From the IMG/VR virus record IMGVR_UViG_3300031998_000006, positions 1 through 64,000 of that record: DNA of 64,000 bases, one strand, 5' to 3'. The DNA is from a virus (taxonomy: Duplodnaviria > Caudoviricetes). The notes under the pieces were generated by a model, which was given only the letters and a program-made list of their open reading frames with translations, was not told where the DNA came from and searched no databases. Positions 38,546 to 47,466 of the stretch are shown here, piece by piece. Within the stretch, counting starts at the first letter, position 1. Each line of letters begins with the position of its first letter. The position numbers and the translations under genes were made by a program.

Positions 38546-40240
38546 ATGAGTAAGCATTGTTGGACATTGAAGGATAAGTATGAGTCACAGTTCTCTGTGT
38601 CTTTTTATCCATTTATGTTGTCCAACACGAAGAAAGCTGAAATCCTACATAGGGCAGAAGAGATACGAGCGGTTAGAAATGAAATATCGGAAATCGTACA
38701 TAATGATATGTTACGGTTTCAAGATATGTCAAAGTTTAGTTTTCAAAAAGTATTTAATTCTTTATATAATCATAGGCTTTCTAGTCATTATTTACATAAG
38801 GCGATTGATGATGTTTGGATAGCATATAATCGTAGATTTAAGGCGATTGCTCAAAAGATTGAATTTTATAAAGTTGATAAGCTAATCCCCACATTTTATA
38901 AAATCAATACTCATGGACATCATATAGGCGATTTACGTAGTATTACTTGTCATACTCGTAAAACTGATTTGACATTAGCTCTGACTTGGTTGGCTAAACA
39001 CGGTAATGATACTACTATTGAATGGTTAAAATCTACAATAGCTTCGGGGTCTTCCAAGAATGCCTTTTATTATAAGTTATTAGGATATATTCAACGTTTT
39101 GGGTTTGGGCGACTTATGCGGTTGGCAACATCTCGACGGGATGCCTTATTTAAGTCTTATTTTTTACGCGGTAGGATTATTTTTAATTCTTTGACATTTC
39201 ATGGAAGGAGTAGGCATACTCGACCTATTGTAAGTTTGGCTCGAAAAGAAAAGGGTAAGTTTAATTGTTATATAGAACTTTCATGGCTGTGGAATAATCA
39301 AGGTTATCATGGTGTGGCTACAAATGCTTTATGCATTCCGGTTAAGTATAGTAAAGCATATCATCGGTCTTTAACTAGATATACTCATAGTTTTGATACC
39401 TTTTATACTATGGTTATTACAGGTAAGGATATTCATATAGTTTTATATAGACGAGGGTATCGGTACAAGAATAATGTAGAGATTAGTGATAACAATACTA
39501 TAGGTATAGATGTTAATTCTAAAACTAATATGTTTACTTTAAGTACGGGTGGGTTTATAGCTAATGATTCATCCCTAATAAATGAGTTTATAGTAGAATC
39601 TCGTAAGGTTGATAGAAAGCAACATCACTATAATTCTAGGTATGCTATCCAGCCTGATGTTTCAGCATTTAAGATGTCTAAAACGGATAAAATTCATATC
39701 AGTTCTATTTCTAGGAAATTGAAGGAATCTAATAGAAGAACTATTGTAAACTTATGTAAGCAACTTGCCATTAAGGGTATATGGCATATTGCTATGGAAA
39801 ATTTAATTGGATTTAAAGGTACTAAATTACATCCAAATGATGAATTAGGGTTTAATCTAGGGAGGTTGCATAAATATATAAATTTATCCTCATTAAAGGA
39901 CGAGTTTATACATATAGCTCCCAAGTACGGGTTGTCCGTATCTCTTGTGCAACCCGAATACACATCAAAGATGTGTGGACATTGCGGATGCATAGATGAC
40001 CGCAATCGTCAAACCCAAGAAGTTTTTAAATGTGTTGAATGTGGGCATACAGAAAATGCTGACGTTCATAGTGCAAAGAATATCAAATTCCGTCTTACCT
40101 CGACCGTGTTAAGGGGGTACTTGTTCGAAAGAGCGAGGGATAACGGATATAGGAACTTTCAGCCAAAGAGCTTGTCTAGGTGGCAAGTAAGGGAGTTCCT
40201 AGAAAAATGTCGTAGCAGTGGGCTATTTAGTAGTTCATAG
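38546..40240 (+). CDS. tnpB: Large (564 aa) TnpB/Cas12f-like RuvC nuclease
   Basis: IGIDVN, IAMENL, PEYTSK, CGHC..CVEC and NADVHSAKNI. AT-rich insert in the head region. Confidence 0.85.
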   Translation: MSKHCWTLKDKYESQFSVSFYPFMLSNTKKAEILHRAEEIRAVRNEISEIVHNDMLRFQDMSKFSFQKVFNSLYNHRLSSHYLHKAIDDVWIAYNRRFKAIAQKIEFYKVDKLIPTFYKINTHGHHIGDLRSITCHTRKTDLTLALTWLAKHGNDTTIEWLKSTIASGSSKNAFYYKLLGYIQRFGFGRLMRLATSRRDALFKSYFLRGRIIFNSLTFHGRSRHTRPIVSLARKEKGKFNCYIELSWLWNNQGYHGVATNALCIPVKYSKAYHRSLTRYTHSFDTFYTMVITGKDIHIVLYRRGYRYKNNVEISDNNTIGIDVNSKTNMFTLSTGGFIANDSSLINEFIVESRKVDRKQHHYNSRYAIQPDVSAFKMSKTDKIHISSISRKLKESNRRTIVNLCKQLAIKGIWHIAMENLIGFKGTKLHPNDELGFNLGRLHKYINLSSLKDEFIHIAPKYGLSVSLVQPEYTSKMCGHCGCIDDRNRQTQEVFKCVECGHTENADVHSAKNIKFRLTSTVLRGYLFERARDNGYRNFQPKSLSRWQVREFLEKCRSSGLFSSS

Positions 40241-40384
40241 GAAAATCACAAGATTCTTGTAGATTTTTAGGTTACGATAGAAATGCTGCCCCAATTATTT
40301 GAAATAAACACCTATATGGCAAATACTATATTTGCATTTTATAGGTGTTTTTGTTATTATTAGGTATATCTGGAGATTTTAATT

Positions 40385-41452
40385 ATGAAAATAATTGAAG
40401 ACTATATCCCATTTAAGTGCGAAATTATAGATGACATTTCTAGGGTGGACGAGTCCGCACAGTCCGAGGTTGCCAAGTCGGGTGGCACGATTCTCGCCAT
40501 TGTGAAGGGTCCTCATTTCTGTCCCGGAAAGGTCAGCCGTAACCACAGACTTTATACGGAAGAACTCTGGGAAGCAGCAAGCAAGGATGAGGAAGTTCAG
40601 CGCAAGCTCGCCAATGGGCAGATGTTTGGTCGTGTGGGTCACGAAGCCGAAATTACCGATGAAGACATCGGGGCAGGCAACTACTCCCACATTACTCGTA
40701 ACATCGACTGGAAGACCGGCATTGCGGAATCCGTCATCTTCAACACCCCGATGGGCAATAATCTCTACACCCTTCTCCGTGCCGGTACTACCACGATGTA
40801 TGTCAGCTCCCGTGCTGACGGCGACTACTGTGGCAAGGACGAGGATGACAATGACATTCTTGACCCGAAGACCTACAAGCTGGAACGATTTGACTTTGTT
40901 CAGGACCCCGGCTTCCTTGATGCCAAGCCGAAGCTGATTTCCGAATCCAAGAAGAAAGAGGACGAAAACCTCAAGGAAACCATTGGAGAGAAGGTTGCAG
41001 AATCGCTTCTCAACCTCGCTATGGAAATCGGAGCGCCCCTTGAACTCGATGGCTCTACCTACTCTGTTGACAAGGTTTGCGAAAGCAAGGTGGATATGTC
41101 CGATTGCGAAACGATGACCAGCGATACCTACACTCTCGGCGACTTTACCGAAGTGACGGAAGATATGCGTAAGGGAATCGTTGAACATTTCAACAACCAG
41201 CAGAAGGAACTTGAGGAATCTCGCAAGGAACTTGAAGAAGCCCACAAGCTCATCAAGACCCTCCGCTTCGCCAACCGCAAGGGCTTGGACGAAGACTATG
41301 TGGAAAGACGAGTGAGTGAGGGTGCATCGCTTGAAAGCATCGAACGCGAACATCCCACTCCGCAGCCGTTCAAGGTTGTGGAAGCCAAGTTCAAGAAGGT
41401 CAACGAAGAATACGATACACTTGATTACCTGCTCGGCTTGGGCAGAAAGTGA
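40385..41452 (+). CDS. Prohead maturation protease, T4 gp21-like, with C-terminal extension
   Basis: SRNHRLY, FGRVGH, SHI, VSSRADG and FDFVQDPG match the gp21 motif series. Confidence 0.88.
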   Translation: MKIIEDYIPFKCEIIDDISRVDESAQSEVAKSGGTILAIVKGPHFCPGKVSRNHRLYTEELWEAASKDEEVQRKLANGQMFGRVGHEAEITDEDIGAGNYSHITRNIDWKTGIAESVIFNTPMGNNLYTLLRAGTTTMYVSSRADGDYCGKDEDDNDILDPKTYKLERFDFVQDPGFLDAKPKLISESKKKEDENLKETIGEKVAESLLNLAMEIGAPLELDGSTYSVDKVCESKVDMSDCETMTSDTYTLGDFTEVTEDMRKGIVEHFNNQQKELEESRKELEEAHKLIKTLRFANRKGLDEDYVERRVSEGASLESIEREHPTPQPFKVVEAKFKKVNEEYDTLDYLLGLGRK

Positions 41453-41463
41453 GGAGCATAACT

Positions 41464-41838
41464 ATGGGTAAGATGAAGATTAAGGTTCACGAAGCCGTTT
41501 CGGATAGAGCGGATATTGTGATTAGCGATTTCTTGGATGACCATAAGGCTGATGCTCATGATTTAATGACTTCGGCATTTTCTGAAATTTTGTATGGAAT
41601 GGGTCCTAACCAGACGATAGACAAAGATTTGGCAGAAGTGTTAGCGGAATACGCTTATCGTATGATTTTGTACAACGCCTACTACTATGACCAGTACGTG
41701 CCTACTTTGGAAGAATTTGCCGAAATGTGCAATAAGAAGCGTATGGAAACCCCGTTAATGGATTCTACCACCCATGCATTTACGGATGCTATTATCAAGC
41801 AAATCTATATGCAATATGCTCCTTTGTTGAAGGACTAA
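41464..41838 (+). CDS. Putative internal head protein (leader MGKMKIKVHE)
   Basis: GAGGAG RBS and the shared leader. Confidence 0.75.
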   Translation: MGKMKIKVHEAVSDRADIVISDFLDDHKADAHDLMTSAFSEILYGMGPNQTIDKDLAEVLAEYAYRMILYNAYYYDQYVPTLEEFAEMCNKKRMETPLMDSTTHAFTDAIIKQIYMQYAPLLKD

Positions 41839-41854
41839 TTAAGGGCGGTTACTT

Positions 41855-42445
41855 ATGTCCAAAATGACTATCCGTTTGCATGAGAGCAAGGTACAGGAAG
41901 CAACGGGCCTGTTCTTGCCAGAATCCTTGAAGGAATCTCTTGAGTTCCACCTTCCGAACTGCACCGATTGCAAATCCGTAATCGTCTGCAAGTGTGACGA
42001 AGAACTCGACGAGGACATTCAATGGGCAATCCGAGATACATCACTTCCGGTGGTGGATGCTTCCATTGCTGACAACTACCTCGTCCTCGCATTGGAAGAG
42101 AATGCATCCGATGAGGAAATCCAGTCTATCTTCAACGAAGAGTACAAGAAAGCCATCCTTACGAAAGCCCCGAAGCTGGTGGCTTCTATGGATGTGGAAT
42201 CCTTGCAGAAAGCCCTCGTGGACTTGCAATCGGGTAGCATCGGCAAGCCGTGGGAACTCGACTTTACGAACTCCGTGTCTTGGGGCTTGAACATCTTCGA
42301 TGACATCCTCTATAGCGAACAGAGCGGTGCAAGCGTCTATGCCACCGCGTTCAACTATGTGGTTTGCGGACCGGACGGAAAGGAATTGACCACAACCCGT
42401 TCTATGGTGGAAGTGAAGAACTTCCTTGACACAAATTTCAAATAG
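41855..42445 (+). CDS. Putative internal head protein (leader MSKMTIRLHE)
   Basis: Shared leader, acidic. Confidence 0.75.
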   Translation: MSKMTIRLHESKVQEATGLFLPESLKESLEFHLPNCTDCKSVIVCKCDEELDEDIQWAIRDTSLPVVDASIADNYLVLALEENASDEEIQSIFNEEYKKAILTKAPKLVASMDVESLQKALVDLQSGSIGKPWELDFTNSVSWGLNIFDDILYSEQSGASVYATAFNYVVCGPDGKELTTTRSMVEVKNFLDTNFK

Positions 42446-42457
42446 GAGAAGTTTACT

Positions 42458-42856
42458 ATGGCAAAAATGACAATCAAGGTTAAGGAAGCCAAGGAATACG
42501 GAAGCATCGAAGAGGTGTTCCAGGACTTGGGCTACTTCCCGGCAGAAGACAGCGATGACAAGAAGCTCGTCTGCTATATGGACTTTGAAACGGGCATAGA
42601 TGTTCCGAAGTATGTGTCCGTTATTACTCACTATGATTTCCAAGCCGATGACCTTCTTGTTGAAGTGGCAGCCGGTTCTTATGACCACACCACTCGTGAC
42701 GGAAGCATCGGGGATATGTTCTACACCTTCATCGGTGCGGAACTTGAACATCCCACTTTCGAGCAGGTCAAGAAAGCCTGCAAGAATGCGGAAAAGGCGG
42801 CAAAATACTATATTAAGGCTTTGCAGATTAACCTAAACACAGAAGGAGCGGTGTAA
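42458..42856 (+). CDS. Putative internal head protein (leader MAKMTIKVKE)
   Basis: AGGAG RBS and the shared leader. Confidence 0.75.
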   Translation: MAKMTIKVKEAKEYGSIEEVFQDLGYFPAEDSDDKKLVCYMDFETGIDVPKYVSVITHYDFQADDLLVEVAAGSYDHTTRDGSIGDMFYTFIGAELEHPTFEQVKKACKNAEKAAKYYIKALQINLNTEGAV

Positions 42857-42858
42857 TT

Positions 42859-43239
42859 ATGTCCAAGATGAAGATTACAGTTCACGAAGCCAAGAACGAT
42901 AAGATAGTACCCTACACCTTGATGCAGTGCTACTATCCCGACGAAAAGCGATGGGACCCGATTCTCGTTGAAATCAACTCCAATGACCAGGGCTGGTTCT
43001 ACGATGGACTCGCTCCGGTGGACAACTTCGGCAACTTCGCCTATTACGAATTTGGTTGGGATTTCATCCATCAGCGTTGCAGGAAGGGTACGGATAAGTG
43101 TGACCCCGAAATGGTTGCCGCTATGGAGAAGGAATACTTGTCCGGGGATGACCTTGCGGATGGCTACACCTACAAGAAGGTGGACGGAAGACTCGGTGCC
43201 TATGTTCCGAAGGGCTTGCGTTACATTGGAAACAATTAA
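42859..43239 (+). CDS. Putative internal head protein (leader MSKMKITVHE)
   Basis: AAGGAG RBS and the shared leader. Confidence 0.75.
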   Translation: MSKMKITVHEAKNDKIVPYTLMQCYYPDEKRWDPILVEINSNDQGWFYDGLAPVDNFGNFAYYEFGWDFIHQRCRKGTDKCDPEMVAAMEKEYLSGDDLADGYTYKKVDGRLGAYVPKGLRYIGNN

Positions 43240-43445
43240 GGAAACCGTCAATAAATCCCACCCATCTTTAGTGGGTGGGTTGAATTGCCCGAAAGAATAA
43301 GGTATATTATGTCTAACAATACGGGTGGAACGCCCGGAATTTACGCCGACGGAGATATTATGATACACGTTAGTGTAGCAGCCCCGGAAACCTTGCATAC
43401 TAGGATGTGTGAAACCTACACGTCTTTAGTGTGTGGGTAGTTCAT
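43240..43445 (+). mobile_element. 206-bp non-autonomous IS200/IS605 derivative with an omegaRNA-like body
   Basis: Follows TTAA. Left hairpin AAAT-CCCACCCATCTTTAGTGGGTGGG; right end GAAA-CCTACACGTCTTTAGTGTGTGGGTAGTTCAT. Removal restores TAAGGAGAAAACCACTATG. Confidence 0.85.
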
Positions 43446-43458
43446 GGAGAAAACCACT

Positions 43459-44442
43459 ATGATTATCGACAAGATTCTCGACCGCTATGATGGCGATGCC
43501 TATGACCCGGAAGACTTTTACAAGGCGATGATGTCCTACGAAGAAGGTACGGACTTTAAGATTTCTCGCGCTCTCGACAGTGGCGAGGAAGAGGACATCA
43601 AGCGTGAACTCTGTGCCTACATCGACGATGGTAACTACAATCCGAAGATTAAGGACTTCATCAATTCCGTGAAGTGGCTCGAAGCCGATGATGGCAAGGA
43701 CTACAGCAAGGAATTTGACATCCTCGGCGAATCCAAGAAGGGCGAATCCAAGTTCAAATGCTCTATGGCAAAGAAGAAGGAATCCCTCGCAAAGAAGAGC
43801 GAAGGGTTTAAGACTGATTGGCAAATGGATGTTGTCAATAGTCTGGAAACCATCAAAGATAAGTATGGTTTGGTTGTTGAATACAAGGAAATAGAGGATG
43901 GTCTTAATGGTGTTACGGATAGTTACACTGTGAAGATTAAGCGTGGACCCCTTTCGGAAATAATGGCAATCGTGGGTCCGGATTATTTGAACCTCTTCAC
44001 GGAGGATGTATCTCGCCAGTATTTATCTAAAGATTATGATTCTACAGAAGCACTTAACAAATTGGTTGATGCTATCTCGGAATATGTGAAAAAGAATGAC
44101 TGGACTAGGGAATCCAAGAAGAGCGAAGCAACTTACGATAGACCTGTGAGCCTGTATATCACCACTCGTTACGATGATGCGGAAGAGGCCCAGAATTTCA
44201 TCAAGGATATGGTTGGCGAAGAATTAACCGTGTCCAAGGACCGTAATGGGGATGCTCTGTATGTGAGTATCGAAGGTTCGGACGATGCCATTGATGCATT
44301 CCTTGAAGTTTACAAGGATGAATATGAAAACATCTTGAATGATTGCGATGTTGATGCAAACGGATGGGTTTCCCCGGATGATACTTACTACTCTTCTATT
44401 GAAGGTCGCAAGGAATTGATGGGCGAATCCACGAAGAAATAG
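43459..44442 (+). CDS. Acidic three-module protein with ESKK linkers
   Basis: GGAG RBS. ESKKGESKFKCSMAKKKESL, ESKKSE and terminal ESTKK. Confidence 0.78.
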   Translation: MIIDKILDRYDGDAYDPEDFYKAMMSYEEGTDFKISRALDSGEEEDIKRELCAYIDDGNYNPKIKDFINSVKWLEADDGKDYSKEFDILGESKKGESKFKCSMAKKKESLAKKSEGFKTDWQMDVVNSLETIKDKYGLVVEYKEIEDGLNGVTDSYTVKIKRGPLSEIMAIVGPDYLNLFTEDVSRQYLSKDYDSTEALNKLVDAISEYVKKNDWTRESKKSEATYDRPVSLYITTRYDDAEEAQNFIKDMVGEELTVSKDRNGDALYVSIEGSDDAIDAFLEVYKDEYENILNDCDVDANGWVSPDDTYYSSIEGRKELMGESTKK

Positions 44443-44485
44443 CTTACTACGTATAATCTTCTCCAGTCGCAACAAACTAAACAAT

Positions 44486-44514
44486 AGAGTTCCGAGTTTT
44501 TCGGAACTCTTTTT
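44486..44514 (+). terminator. Intrinsic terminator
   Basis: AGAGTTCCGA/TCGGAACTCT stem followed by a T run. Confidence 0.8.
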
Positions 44515-44683
44515 GTATTGCCATTTTCTTTCGTACAAAATAAATATAATAGTTTATCTAAATATATAACAATTTATCTATAACTCCATACTTGATAAAG
44601 TGTTATATTTGTCAAAAAGTGTCAATTTATTTGTGGGTTTCTTAAAATCCGCAAGTTTTTTTATTATATTATTTTGTTGGACA

Positions 44684-44915
44684 CTAGGATTGAATCTACC
44701 GAAGTCATTAAAAATGCTCGGCTTAAAAACCGAGAATGCCCGAAACCATCGTAGATAGCAATATCTATGTAAGTTAGGGGTATCAAATAGGTTTTTAATC
44801 TAGGAGAGGATTCAAATTCCAGTTTAAAAGGGACGGCATTTTGCCGATTTCAAAAACCTACCCTTTTAGGAGAGCAATCCAAAAGATTGCTTAATGCAAA
44901 CAAAGTAACCCTAAC
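44684..44915 (+). ncRNA. Candidate structured RNA leader before the scaffold/capsid operon
   Basis: At least eight complementary segment pairs, including a GCAA-capped hairpin and two crossing helices. Confidence 0.5.
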
Positions 44916-44930
44916 AGGAGACCATCCATT

Positions 44931-45500
44931 ATGGTTAATACCAACCGAATCGCTGCTCGTTACGAAGCTCGTACCGCTGCTTTCCGCAAGCGTCTCGAAG
45001 CCAAACGTGCAGAAAAGAAACTCCGTGAAGAAGACGAAGGTATCATCGAAGTTGACGGCGTTAAGCTGAATGCCGCTGAAACCGAAGTCATCTTTGCTGA
45101 CGAAGACAAGGACATCCAGGTTGTCGCTTCTCCGAATCCGGAAAACGAAAACGAAGTCGTTGTCGCTGTTCTCACTGCTTCCAAGGATGATGTTGAAGAA
45201 GAAGAAGTTCTCGGCTCTGCATCCGTTGAAGGTAGCGAAGAAACCGCAGGTGCAGAAGAAGCACGAAAGGCTGAACGTCGCGAAGCATTCCGCAAGCGCC
45301 TTGAAGCCAAACGTGCAGAAGGTAAGTCCGCAACACCCGCTCGTAACGAAGCTCGTATTGCCGCTTTCCGCAAGCGCCTTGAAGCCCGTCGTGCTGGAAA
45401 GACGAGCGAATCCAAGGCTACGGCTACCGCTGACGCCCGTAAGAAGAGCATCGCAGAAGCCCGTGCCAAGTTCCGTTCCAAAATCGGCAAGAAAGCCTAA
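44931..45500 (+). CDS. Prohead scaffolding/core protein
   Basis: Highly charged with three AFRKRLEA(K/R)RA repeats, directly upstream of the major capsid gene. Confidence 0.7.
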   Translation: MVNTNRIAARYEARTAAFRKRLEAKRAEKKLREEDEGIIEVDGVKLNAAETEVIFADEDKDIQVVASPNPENENEVVVAVLTASKDDVEEEEVLGSASVEGSEETAGAEEARKAERREAFRKRLEAKRAEGKSATPARNEARIAAFRKRLEARRAGKTSESKATATADARKKSIAEARAKFRSKIGKKA

Positions 45501-45518
45501 ACCCGGAGGAAATCCAAA

Positions 45519-47174
45519 ATGAATAAACCTTCTATTGAAGAACTCTCCAATGCCAAGTACGACCGCATCGTAGAATCCTACGAAGCCCGTTATGGCAAGC
45601 AGTTTGAAAAACTCGCCAAGAGCCAGTCTTTCAAGGGCAGCTTGAGCAAGAACGATATGTTCAACCTCGGCGCTCAACTCGACAACTACAAGAAGTACGA
45701 AAGCTATGTCGCTGAAAATTCCTCGGCTTCCAGCCTTGGTGTCCTTCCGCGTGTTGCTCTCGACCTCATCTCCGCAACTTACGCCCTCTCCATCGCTCCG
45801 CAGCTTGCATCCGTGCAGACTTTGGACGAAGCCCAGGGTCTTATCTACTTCAAGAAGACTTTCACTCACGGCTATCCGTTGACCGCACAGAATGGTCTTC
45901 CGGCTCTTCCGGAAGAACGCTGGATGGGTGCAGACGGCAAGTTTGAAGGTGAACAGTCCTTCAATGGTGCTTGGAAGAAGTGGCTTGACTCTCGTCCGCG
46001 TCCGGCAACGGGTGCTGGCGACACTCTCACTCCGGAAACTCTTACCGCCAAGAACTTTGATGCCATTACCTTCAATGCCTTGAAGGGTTGGCAGTCTTCT
46101 CCGACCGGCTATATGAGCGAACGCCAGTTCGTGGCTGTTGACGGCGACACCGCCACCATCAAGTATGGTGTTGGCAACCTCCGCTGGAACACCCCGATTA
46201 ACATTCGCCTTGTTGCACCGGATGGTAAGGTGGAAGACATCGTTGGTCTTACCGCTGGTCCGGGTCAGCTCCCGACCTTCTACGGCAAGGTTGCTGTGAC
46301 CGCAGCCCAGAGCGGTAAGGACATCGTTCTCTCTGGCTTCAATGGCTACCAGGGTATGGTTGCCTATGATGTTGACTTTGAAAAGGCACCGGACGTTCCG
46401 GCTATTGAATACGGTCTCGACACGAAGGTTGTCAGCGCCGAAATCATTGGCTTGAAGGAAATGCTCGGTACTTTCAAGAGCTTCCAGTTCAACAAGCGCT
46501 TCGGTAAGGCTGCTTCCGATGAAGTCCTCGCTGACCTCACTGGTCACATGGCTATGGCTGAATCCGAAAAGGTTCTCGCCGCCTATGTCCAGTCCGCTAA
46601 CAAGTGGGCTCCGCTCACTTGGGATTTGAACAAGCCGAATACCATCTCCGAATACGAACATCGTCAGTCCTTCCTCTATGTCATCCAGGCTGCTTCTGCC
46701 GCCATCGGCGCTCGTGCAGGCAAGGGCTATGCTAACAAGATTGTTGCCGGTTATGTTGCTTGCCAGTACATCGCTTCCCTTCCGGGCTTCCGTCCTGCTC
46801 CGCAGACGAACCTCGTTGGTCCGCACGTGTATGGCACTCTCGAAAACGAAGGTATCACGGTTATTCGTAGCAACACCATCGTTGCACCGAACGAAGTTAT
46901 CTGTGCTTACAGCTCCGACAACTCCCCGTTCGAAGCTCCGGTTGTTTGCGCTACCTATATGCCGGTGTTCCTTACCGACACTATGCCGGTTGCCGATAAT
47001 CCGTTCCAGACCCAGCGTGCAATCGCTTCTTGGAAGGCTATCGAACCGGTGGTTGCTGAATTTGTTCAGCGCATCGTGATTACGAAGAACACTGCCCCGG
47101 CTGCGGATGCCTATGTGTATCTTACCAGCAATCCGGGTAATGGCTCTTCCAACGGTGGTAGCGGTAACGGCTAA
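45519..47174 (+). CDS. Major capsid protein, T4 gp23-like
   Basis: LASVQTLDEAQGLIYF, YDVDFE, GYANKIVAG and VVCATYMP correspond to gp23 motifs. Strong codon bias; candidate propeptide ending YVAE. Confidence 0.9.
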   Translation: MNKPSIEELSNAKYDRIVESYEARYGKQFEKLAKSQSFKGSLSKNDMFNLGAQLDNYKKYESYVAENSSASSLGVLPRVALDLISATYALSIAPQLASVQTLDEAQGLIYFKKTFTHGYPLTAQNGLPALPEERWMGADGKFEGEQSFNGAWKKWLDSRPRPATGAGDTLTPETLTAKNFDAITFNALKGWQSSPTGYMSERQFVAVDGDTATIKYGVGNLRWNTPINIRLVAPDGKVEDIVGLTAGPGQLPTFYGKVAVTAAQSGKDIVLSGFNGYQGMVAYDVDFEKAPDVPAIEYGLDTKVVSAEIIGLKEMLGTFKSFQFNKRFGKAASDEVLADLTGHMAMAESEKVLAAYVQSANKWAPLTWDLNKPNTISEYEHRQSFLYVIQAASAAIGARAGKGYANKIVAGYVACQYIASLPGFRPAPQTNLVGPHVYGTLENEGITVIRSNTIVAPNEVICAYSSDNSPFEAPVVCATYMPVFLTDTMPVADNPFQTQRAIASWKAIEPVVAEFVQRIVITKNTAPAADAYVYLTSNPGNGSSNGGSGNG

Positions 47175-47210
47175 TCCGTAAGAGAGTTCAACACCTCGGT
47201 TGAATAATCG

Positions 47211-47244
47211 GTGTCACTAGGGTAAAACCTAGTGGCACTTTTTT
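47211..47244 (+). terminator. Intrinsic terminator
   Basis: GTGTCACTAGG/CCTAGTGGCAC stem followed by T6. Confidence 0.88.
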
Positions 47245-47314
47245 ATTTGCGGTTTGTTCGCAGTCAACAATATTTTGTTATTTTTATCAATGTATCTTTG
47301 CAAAGGATTCCATT

Positions 47315-47452
47315 ATGGCAGAAAGCACCGAAGAAGCCGATGGCAAGTTGAATAACTATGTGGAATATATGCTTATATTCCTTGAGAACGAAGTAGTCCG
47401 CAATGGCTACTACGATGAACCAGAATATCCCCTTGAACTTTTGTATCTATAA
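47315..47452 (+). CDS. 45-aa acidic peptide (below the ORF-track cutoff)
   Basis: AAGGA RBS; MAESTEEADGK...LLYL*. Confidence 0.5.
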   Translation: MAESTEEADGKLNNYVEYMLIFLENEVVRNGYYDEPEYPLELLYL

Positions 47453-47466
47453 GGAGAAATCATCCT

